Of a DNA stretch of 64,000 nucleotides, positions 53,572 through 64,000 are shown in pieces; position 1 is the stretch's first letter; every line of letters starts with the position of its first letter. Source of the DNA: Antedon mediterranea (taxonomy: Eukaryota; Animalia; Echinodermata); NCBI RefSeq assembly GCF_964355755.1, contig NC_092671.1, positions 17,298,001 through 17,362,000 of the forward strand, given 5' to 3'. Under the pieces are notes generated by a model. The model ran no database searches and was not told the origin of the DNA. It saw only the letters and a list, made by a program, of their open reading frames with translations. The position numbers and the translations under genes are program-made.

Positions 53572-54413
53572 TTACTATGGTAGCTTTTTTTTCTTATAGA
53601 TCTTATGCCCTATGGTCAAGCACTGTGTAGTACCATACTTAATTGTTTATGATCAACAAAGAGCATCTCTTCACAAGTTTACAAAAATGTAGTATTTATT
53701 TTTTATTTATTCATTGGAATTAACTGTATATCGTTGGCACAACTCAATTAATGGTGCATCCATTTTACAAAATAAAAAAAAGAAGGATAAACAAAATTTT
53801 ATTTCAACATGGGTATACTACTTTAGGTATATAAAAAAAGTCTTTAAACACGTTTTAAATATTTGGGCTACATTATATCGACATACAGCAATTAATTAAT
53901 TAATTTTAATTACTACTGATCTACTGTAATGTGTATTTCATGATATATACAGTACTGAAATGCACAAAGCAGTCTTCTGTGCTTTATAGCCTACAGTGTA
54001 CAAAAACAAAATACTTATAGACATCTAATAAGATTATGAGAATATTTCAGCTTTAAGAGCGCCAGACTGTTAAAATATATGCACGTTTCTGTTAATCCCT
54101 TTATGAAATATGTATTTGTACTGACTATGCATTCCACGCCATCTTCAAATGATTGATGATCTGACAAATTTGCTTCAAATTTAAGGTTATTGATGAAGAA
54201 ATTAATCACCAATTGTCACTAGATATCATTATGGCACAGCATCAGGAGGAAATCAAGTTTAGTTTGATATCAAATTATGACCTCCAACTCTTGACACCCA
54301 AGATATAAAATCACAGAATATTCATGAATTAATTAATCATTACTTTACTTTTTGTATCAGTTTATTTTGGAAATATGATAAAAAAAAACTTCTAATTGTG
54401 TAATACAATGTTA

Positions 54414-54552
54414 AGCTTGGTTCCCACTTGGCAAGGATGCAAGCCCACTGTAAGTAATTTGACCAATCACAAGGCAATGGATCATTTAAACTGTCGCTTG
54501 TGATTGGTCAACTCAGTTGATCCTACGTCATTGTCCAAATGGTAACCATGGT
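54414..54552. mobile_element. MITE family B (diverged)
   Basis: agcttggttcccact...aatggtaaccatggt; TTA flanks. Confidence 0.7.
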
Positions 54553-54562
54553 TTAGATATGT

Positions 54563-55193
54563 GGAGGGCGTGTGGCGCAGTGTGTTGGACGTTGGACTAC
54601 CGATCGTCAGACCTAGGTTCGAATCCAACTCTCGCCGCATTGCTTGTATCCGTAGGCAAGATACTTTACTTACGTTGCCTCTCTCCACCCAGGTGTATAA
54701 ATGGGTACCCAGTTAGATCTAGACACAACTGCGCTGGTTACCGGCTGCATTATGGGAGTATGTTTCCATACGTGTTTGATCCCAAAAAATACTGGGGTAA
54801 TAATGCTTGTAAAGCGCCTTTGAGCATGATTGAAATATGATTGAAATATATATTTATACTGGGTAACCTCTTCAGTCAAAGACTGGTCTCCCAGAGGGCC
54901 CAGTTGGTGATCAGTGGCTGTGATGTACTAATACACCGGGGTAACCCCCTACTCGTCTCGAAAGATGTACTAGGTTCTTTAAAGTGCACACGAGCAAGTT
55001 GTGTACACTGGACCTACGGTTTATAGTCCTTATCCGAGAAGACTCGTTCTACCACCAAAACCATGGAGTGAGTGAGCCTCGAACCTCTGCCGATGTTATG
55101 GCTACGTGATTACGGTTCCACTGTCTTAACCGCTCGGCCACTCACCCATGATTACTCATGAAAAGGGCGCTATATAAATCTGGTATTATTATA
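54563..55193 (+). mobile_element. tRNA-derived SINE (CORE-like centre, L2-like tail), interrupted by a second SINE
   Basis: A-box tggcgcagtg; B-box ggttcgaatcc; ccgtaggcaagatactt...ccacccaggtgtataaatgggtacc; tail gggcgctatataaat..(TTA)n resumes after 55153. Confidence 0.85.
54832..55146 (-). mobile_element. Full-length tRNA-headed Deu/Nin-domain SINE
   Basis: Minus strand: A-box tggccgagcgg, B-box ggttcgaggc, ggataaggactataaaccgtaggtcc...gcactttaaagaacc...gagtagggggttaccccggtg; TSD catgatt at 54825-54831 and 55147-55153. Confidence 0.85.
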
Positions 55194-58100
55194 TGTTTGT
55201 GAAGGTGTAGTATAATACCACTTCCATAAAAACTCTAAATCATTATTAATTACCAAGAATGGATTTATTTCACGTATTTGTCTTCTTTTTAATAATTGTG
55301 TTGTTAAAGATAATTCTATTGATCTCTTTTTTTTACCGTTATAATTGTTTTTGTAATAAAATTAGTAAGATTGTATAACTTTGTTTTGTATATAGGTCTT
55401 AAGATATATATATATTTTATTCCATTCTGTAAGTGGCGGGTTTCCCGCTGTTGAATGAGATTGTAAATAAATAAATAAATTAAAGATGTAGAAGAAAAAG
55501 GGAAAAAATAATAAAATTTAATGTGTTTTTTAAAACATCTCTATAAAATTCTTTGTATCGTTTTTTCAAAATCATTTTATTTTAAATTTTATTTTCTCCT
55601 TTATTCAATCAAACTTAATAGATTTTGACAAGTAAACCGATACTTTAATAATTTGCCATTTAAAACAAAAGAAATTCTACCATGCCATTTGTTTGAATAA
55701 GACAACAATGATGGAGAGATTGACAATTTAGCCTTTGGGTTATAATATGTCCAGACATTGATAAATGTAAAGTGCAGAATACATTTAGAACATGTATCTT
55801 TATATTTCTAGGTCAGTAGAAATATTCTTGTCATTTTTTAACATCATATTCTACATCTGTAATATTAATTATTTATTACTTATCCATTTACTGTTTTTTT
55901 CATATTTCTATTTATATACTGTTTTGTAACTACTTATAAGCTGTGCTTCAGAGATTCCCCATTTTCATTGTTTCATTTTTGTAATGAATATTTATGTATG
56001 TTTATGTTTGTTTTTGTGAATGGAAATAAAGAAACAAACAAACTGTTTGTTTCTGACATTTCATACATAATTTATCTTTGACCCCAGGTCGGGATTAGTA
56101 CATATTTCGGGTTCTTTTCTTATATAATGTTTCTGAAATACACTTCTTTAATTCTATTATTGACAACTCATCAGCCAATACTGTTATCTCTGACATATTA
56201 TTCCATCTACGGTATATTGTGGCTCCTGAATTCTCAATATCATCGTCAAGTAAGTTTTTCTATCACCCAGAGCAGTCTAAAACTATGAAATTTGATTAAA
56301 AAATAAATGAATTTTGAAATTAAATGATATAAAATTCAAAAAAACTTGCAGCCTACTTTTCTTATAACATGTATTATATCTTTTTATGTGTCTGTGTAGT
56401 TTTGTAATAAATAAACAATATTATAAGGATAGTAAAACTTTTTTTTTGTAATTTAATAATAATTTACAAATCAATTAATAATCGGTGATCTTTAATAACA
56501 CTGAATCGATTGGTTATTTTCAGGCTGCCATTTAACCGGTCATTGTGTGCAATTGTCCGGTTTCCGCTGCCAAGAAATTTGGGTTAATTTATTCACATGG
56601 TCAATAACCGGTTATTTTTTAGCAGCAGAAACACTACCTGACAGGCAAATTTCAAATTTACAAACTTTAAATTACTTCTACCATGTCTCGAAAAGAAATG
56701 ATGATGGTGGTATGTTGGGATGTTCCCACTTGAGGGCAGGGTTTATGGAATGTACCATTATATGACAGAAGTTTTTCAATTTTTTTATATATATTCGAAT
56801 TGTAGCTCTCTTCTCGTAGAGAATAGGCCAATGTCGGTTTATCCAGGTAAGCTAGGCACGAAATAGACTACAATTTCGTTTCAGGTAACTAATTTTGTAT
56901 TAAATAAAGTTGAATTGAACTAAACTAAAACACTTTCCATTGTCTCTAAATCTGTCTAAATACAAACTTTATAAAAGTTCCATCCAACACAACTTAATTT
57001 ACCAATTGTTGAATGAGTTTGTCCGAGCAAATAGTAGTCAAATAATTATTTGCGGTGGATCTATATATTAACAAAACACATTTACCTGTATTAAATAATA
57101 TTTCTTTGATGTTGACCTGCTTTCACAAGAACAGTTCAAAGCGACTTCAAGCGGAGCTGATCAAGAAACCGATCACGTCGTTTCTTAAATTTGTAATGTT
57201 GAGTAGGGAAGATATTCAAGTGCCAACTTCAACACGACTGACCTCCATACAAAAGCCTCTCATAATATATTATTTAGTTTTCATTTACCAGATAATGAAT
57301 AAAGTTTACAGCAATGATTACGATGTCTTCTCAAACACTAAGCAGTGTAAAAATCAATCTTTCATACAAAAATTAAACCCAATGGTGTTGGTAGTCTATG
57401 ATAAAAGTTCCTTAAACATCCCTCTACAATAATGGTCTAATCACCCCATCATGTATCAAACACCAGTATCATCGTTTTGTTCACTTGACTATCCATTCTC
57501 ATAATAGGGATGTTCAAAGAACTTTCATCTTTTCGTATCATACCGCTCCCTTAATTCAGGCAACTTCAAGCTATGCACAATATAGACAAAATTGAAGCAG
57601 TTCTACCATTTATTCTCCTTTATTTCATATAAACCAAAGCGCATAATATATATTTGGTCTTTTATTAAGTCTCACAACTCAAACATGGCATGTAACAAAT
57701 CTGACCAGCAGATTAAGCTTGTACATGTTGAATTCAAAATTTCTGAATTACAGAAAATATGAAAATATGTAGGACTATAGTTAACTAAATTCTTGTATTG
57801 CAATACATAAACAAACCATTAGATGTTTATTCAAGTGAAGCACTTAAGGTAATTGCACGAATTACTTCCAAAACCAAGAGTAATAACCATAAAAGAATAA
57901 ATTAGGGCTATCAGTAATGTAAAATGATTGTTTTAAACAAATGTAGTACAATTAGCAAACCAATTAACCACTTACCAATGTTTGGAAATACAGTGGAATG
58001 TAAGCTTTTTACGAAATTGCTGTCTGAAAGTGTCAGTAAGCAAATTTGACATTGTGTAAAGGCCAACATATTGTGAGTACAAGACAATGCTTTATTGAAC

Positions 58101-58683
58101 ATAAACTTATTGCGTTTACACATTTTTTACACAGATTTCCACAAAGTTAATTTATTATAGCTGTCGTGGTATATATACAGTAGTTGACGGACAGAAGGGG
58201 CACTATTGGAGTGAGGTGCTTATTTGTGAGGTGCTTAATATACAGAATATCGCAGTTTTTAACTAAAAATATATTATTTATTAAATATTGAAGGGAAATA
58301 TCAAATATCTAGGGTTAATGTGTACTTGATCATAATGTAAACATTAGGCAATCAGTACTATGTAATACTAAACTACTCTACTTTATATTCGATCACACAC
58401 CTTTTCCCAACACACTGATTAAACAGCAAAATTTAATAACTCCCCTGACAACAGAAAGTTGTCTATTTTAATATAGCCATCGTAATTTCAATGTAATTAT
58501 ATTACAATTTGAACAGCTTTAGGTTATGGGGGTTGTATGAGGAACATAGTAAACCAGTAGTGGATCTACTGTCAGTGGTTTAACGGCTACGAGCGCTTAC
58601 TGGATAAACCCAGCGTAATGGCCTCCAGAATATGACCCTCCAACTACCCAGTGTTGGAGAGCCAGTGCTTTTTCCCTGCTTTA

Positions 58684-58792
58684 AGCTCTGTCTACACTAT
58701 CAAACTATTTTGAAAAAAAAAAGTGTGATGTGTCCAAATATAATAGTGATAAGCCATCATCATGTCCATACATGAAACATCACATTTTAACT
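58684..58792. mobile_element. MITE family A, truncated
   Basis: Left TIR after TTA and the core. Confidence 0.8.
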
Positions 58793-61700
58793 GTTTACTG
58801 TACATTAGAGTGTAGTCAGCAAAGTGCCCCGTGGAAACCCATGTTATAAAATTGAGCCAATTACTATAATCAATATATAAATCATACTGTAAATTATAGA
58901 AACAGTACTCATATTCGGAACATGATCTCATAATCGCGTCGCGCATAGCTCATTGGCGAAAGTTCTATACTATATCAATATTTTGAAATATGATATATAA
59001 AAGAAATTGTAAAGTTTATATTTTCCATTTCCTTTATATACTTATCTATAATTTAGATCAATATCTCTGACGTAAATATATACATGCACTGCAATTTGAA
59101 AAAAAAAATGTATTCAATCCATTTACACCTGACACAGAAAATGATAATCTAGGCCATGTATGATTTTATGTAAGATATCGACTGATTAAGGCATGTGTTG
59201 ATAATGTTGATATGAGCCCAATCTATCAATGAGTACTGAGGTGTGTCCATGTATATCAGCAAAACAAAGTATCAACAGTCTAATAATGTTTCTACTTTTA
59301 CATCTGTGATTTTCATTAAAAAATATCTTTTGATTTATAACATTTATATATAAAATTTACATTATCCTTTAAAATGGAGGAACACTCTCCAAACAAGTTG
59401 ACCAATACAAAATGTTACAAAAGTATAGTCATCATCACAATATATAATATAAAGACACAAAAAGTTAATAACTGTTCATAATTACATAACATCAAGCAGT
59501 AGAAGGTACTAATGTATTATCAATTAGCGAAATGTGGCTTAAATTTTTTTGGAAAATAATTGTCAGTTGGTCAGTTAGTCAGTTGTCAGTTGGTAATCCA
59601 AAATCTGATGACTTTCCAAAAGCCAGAATTTGATTAAGATAGTAAGACCCAATATTCTTTCTTTTCTTTAAAATGCATTTTAAAAAAACTAGTAATTTGG
59701 GGCCAGTTGTACGGTTTTTTAAAAACATTCAGCTGATGGAAAATTGTATTTATGACATTTTAGAATGTCACATACATGTTTTGAACTTTACTATTAAGAG
59801 CTATAAATATAAAATGAAATTGAATTATTTATTTTGTTACAAAACTATTAAAATGATTAATTTTGGTGTGGACTGAATAACTTGATGCATTAATGAATAT
59901 CACTTGCCAAACCAAATAAATAAATGATAAATGGTTAAAATAGTTAATTTTATGAAATTGTAGAGTGTAAGTAGCCAACGTTTACGAACAAAAAATATAC
60001 TATTTACAGTATAACAATAAATTAACATATCATTAAACATATGTATGCACAGTAACTTGTTTCTTTATATTAACAATTTATATTGCATTTCCTTTAAAAT
60101 ATAGTATATAAATATTTCAACTACAACATACATTACACTAGTGCAATGCAATTTTTATAGTTGTTGCAAAAGCACTTGAATGGTAATATTGTCAAACTGC
60201 ATTAGTGATGTGAATAGAATATTAAGCACATCTCGACTAGACAAATTATCAATCATGGCATGTCTCCAACCGGAAATAAAGTCAGGATCTTAAAATAATG
60301 TGATCAACACAATGTGTCAATGTGTTGTATAAATTGTGTAATAATAATATAGTATTTCCAAATATTTCTAGTATTAGGATAAAAGTAATGAAAGCATAAA
60401 CATTACAGCGACAGCAAGTTAAATTCTAAACTTTAAATTATTATTCACATATTGTGTTCTATGGCAATGTTCTTTAACTTCAAGTTGCAGATAACTATTT
60501 CATAAACTTAATCAATGTCAATGGTAACACAAATGTTATATGCTAAACATTGAATGGAGCGCAAGATACAAGCGAACAAAGCATATTGTCCGAATCGCAC
60601 TAATCTACAAAAGTGTGTTTTTATGACAATGAATAGGCCTACTGTATTAAAGGCCTTGATTATACCAACACCTTTCTATAAACAAATATTAAAGAAAGTG
60701 GAACAAAGCTGAATATACCTAATAATAAGATTGCAAGTAGACATCAATTATTCCATTGTTGTATTTGTTTGATCAATGGAAAATGTAAGCAACCAAGCAT
60801 AGAGTGAATAATCAAAAACCCTATTGTGCTAATACCTACATGATATATAATATCTAAAAAGGATTATTGAGGAATTACAGGAATATTTTAGATACAAAGA
60901 AAAAACTATAGCATCGATGATGCAGTTTAGTTCAAGAGGTGTACGGTATACAAATCAAATTTGGCCAAACAGATCCAGGATTTTTCGGGAGAGCACGAAC
61001 ATACTGTAATATTAATACAATTAGTCTGTCAAATAAAACATTCATTTTAGTTGTAAAAAGGAGATGCGTGTGCCCAAGCACAACTCATTTCATCCCCTTT
61101 TTAAAAACTGTTGATTCTTAAATTTTATCCTTTCCTCCATGCTTTCACAGGAAAACATAATTATAGAATCAAATTATTTTCATACAAATATTTTTTTATT
61201 AGTTTTTTATGATACAGTATTTTAGTGGGAGTTTGCTATTTGTTTAATAAGTAATCTTTATTAAACACAATTATTCTAAATAGGATCTATCTTTTTTCTT
61301 TTCGGAGAACAGCTTTGGAAAAGTAAATTATTAATTTATAAAAATCTTGACTGTATGAAAATAGTTTACAGAAAATCCTGGTACAAGGTCTATATCTTCC
61401 ACAAGCTAGTACTCAGAAAATGCGCCAAGTATGGTGTGAACATTTTACAATTCTATGGATATTCATATTATTAGTGACAGGCAGGAGTAAACCAGTATAA
61501 TACAATACAATTTTTTAGGGTTTATCTTAACGTCCTTGGTACAATTAAATTTGATTTATTAGCCTTCAAAACAAACAATAGAAACGTGTTGTTTAGGATG
61601 ATATCAATAACTAGTTTGTATTTTCGAATTCAAAAATGTGTAAGTATTTACAGTGTTACCTGACAAAAGGATAACCGGTTAACAAATGCATTGACAAGTT

Positions 61701-63122
61701 TCATTTCCTACGCATCATTGAACATGCCCATCACTCACGACTTTGGCCTTCACCTAGGTTTACTCAAATTTCATTTGAAAAATTAAACAATCTGCCTTTA
61801 GCTTTAATAATTCTGTTATTTATGATCTAACATAAAACAACTGCAGGGTCGAAATATTTGTGATATTTATGAATAATAAATCAAATTGTCAAAATATCAT
61901 AGTTTCATACACAGTATTTATAATTATATCCATTGAGATATTTGTATTTGTTTTATTTCAGTTGTTGTGTAGATTGTAGATTTAATTTGTTGGTAGTTCA
62001 AGCACATTTGGCCTGTGGTCTTGATTAGTACAGAATGTTTGTCTCTCACAGAAACAAGGTAATTGATGATTTTTACATCTCAACCTCAAGTTTGAAACAT
62101 CTAGAATGTCATGTCACTGCATAAAGTAGTTGAGAAACAGAAAAATCCTCATTTTTTTCAACTGTACACGAGTCCTATCTATCATTTTTCGCTTACACAA
62201 ACAAGCTACAAAGAAACATTTCACAGTTTTAATCACGTTTCAAAACAAAACAATTAAGCGGTTGGGTATTCATTCATAGCATAAAACATATACAGTAAAT
62301 CAAGAAAAAAATTTAATATTATTGATATTTAAATACTAATCAACAGTCAAGTAAAAATATATTCATGTTTTAAGCTGTCAATCAATATTAAACTTATAAG
62401 CATTCGTTTTGTAATATTAATGCATAGAATTCCAAAATATCAAATCCACTAATCTCATGATAAATATGGACGGCAAATAACGTGTTGAAAAAGTTACAAT
62501 GTTTCTATGGAGAGAAATTAGATCGGATTTACGATAATTACGGTACTTTACAAGTGGAGATATGGAAGCAGGTGGCGTTTACTGCCGGCCGAGGCACATT
62601 AAATCGGACTTACAATTGGTATGAATTTGTAAATGTTTAACAAACAGCTGTTTAGGTTATTTACCAACACTTAACTTTTTATAGTTGTAACACACATGTG
62701 TAACAGATGATGATAAAAACAAGTTCAATGTAGTGAATTTGAAAATAACAATCGCTGAAGAAATTAGACAATTATCAAAGCTAAAAAAAAGGTTTAAGTT
62801 ACCTTGTACAAACAACAGACACTTCATTCTAAAATCAATAATTATTGCGAGGATCTACTGTTCCAGAGAAGTAGAAATTTGACACCAAAAATATTGATTA
62901 TTGAATATTTCCATCTATTCTTTACGAAATGAGTAAAAACATGACCCATATGTTAATTATTAAAGACTAAAGCTGGTTAAACTGTCTTTCATTTGTCATT
63001 AAATTGTCAATCGTGCTTGATACAGAACCTAAGAAACCGCAATTTAACTAGGTTTTTGTAAAATTATCATCGTTTTAAAGCACTGATGTCATCGCATCAT
63101 TAATCTTTGTTCACTGTAGAAT

Positions 63123-63292
63123 GCAACACAAGGTCATATGCGCAACACAAGGTCGTATGCGCAACATACTGTAAAAGGGGTGTACGCACAACGCAATAGC
63201 ATATGCGCAACACAAGGTCGTATGCGCAACATACTGTAAAAGGGGTGTACGCACAACGCAATAGCATATGCGCAACACACAGGTGTATACAC
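63123..63292. repeat. Tandem repeat: about 69-bp unit built on 19-bp subunits
   Basis: gcaacacaaggtcgtatgc subunits; gcaacatactgtaaaaggggtgtacgcacaacgcaatagcatatgc twice. Confidence 0.85.
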
Positions 63293-63482
63293 AAATCAAG
63301 TGATTTGACCAATGTACAAGCTAGAGTTTGATTACATTGCATCACATGACTTGCATTGTGCTATGTCCATGCATGACGCAACGCAATGACAAGCGATGGA
63401 TTATTTGAACTGTTGCTTGTTATTGGTCAACTCTCTTACATTACATCTACCTCCTTGTGTTGCATCACTAATGGGACCAAGC
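63293..63482. mobile_element. MITE family B remnant
   Basis: gacgcaacgcaatgacaagcga...attggtcaa...cactaatgggaccaagc resembles 24838-25016. Confidence 0.55.
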
Positions 63483-64000
63483 ACTCGGAAAATCTATAGT
63501 AAAACTCCTTCACAAAGAAGGGGTTTACTATACTATAGCCTACTTCTCCAAAGTATTGTCCCTCAGGACTTTTATTATTATTCTCAGGTCAACTTTTCTC
63601 ACTTATTTAAATTTAATTGTTTGAACTTGACTGATGATATAAACAGCCATAAATGTAATCAAAATATTTGAGAACAAGACTAATTACTACTATATCTTTC
63701 ACTATTCAACAATTGTTATACTAATGTAGTTTAAATCTGTCGACACATCTTTTACAAAACATGGCCTCAAAAAAAACAAACAATCTACAAAAGACAAAGT
63801 GAATACCTTTATTCCCTAACACCTGTTCAGCTTCTGAAGTTTCTGTAAAGGTACATTTTTGAAAACTGACTTCACCCATTATGTTCCTGTCGTCTTGTGC
63901 TGTGAAAGATCGCTTGTTCGAACCATCATAAAGATTTAAACATAACATTTTTTGTTTTTGAATATTAATTATTAAAATATAATTTAATATTCCACTTGTA

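Noticed and set aside
54563-54640. tRNA gene
   Set aside because: Continues directly into a SINE body, and no convincing cloverleaf was seen.
56950-57580. Possible decayed LINE fragment on the minus strand, and ORF 57055-57432
   Set aside because: Only faint motif hints and no continuous frame; needs a translated search.
63100-63345. Cys-rich repetitive ORFs
   Set aside because: Translation artefact of the 69-bp tandem repeat.
63721-63948. ORF containing 'QDDR' as candidate TMTC2 exon 1
   Set aside because: No preceding hydrophobic helix or F.YDD context, and no suitable phase-2 donor.

Overview
AT-rich eukaryotic DNA with spliced genes, most likely an invertebrate animal (the Deu/Nin-domain SINEs suggest a marine deuterostome such as an echinoderm; this is inference). 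Two convergent genes can be rebuilt exon by exon with GT-AG sites and consistent phases. The first is the 3' part of PWP1 (+ strand, 6 exons, stop at 3195-3197). The second is TMTC2, a protein O-mannosyltransferase with TPR repeats (- strand, 10 coding exons from 43353 to 7987; exon 1 appears to lie beyond the window). The introns are packed with non-autonomous transposons: 11 copies of one palindromic PIF/Harbinger-type MITE, other TIR elements with visible TSDs, tRNA- and 5S-derived SINEs, and a LINE 3' end. The most striking structure is at 26459-32808. It looks like a 4 x 1.5 kb tandem repeat but parses as four non-autonomous Helentron/HINE-like rolling-circle elements nested inside each other's (GAA/GAT)n microsatellite in the same orientation, which suggests self-targeted insertion. 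All coordinates were read by eye and may be off by a few bases at repeat ends.
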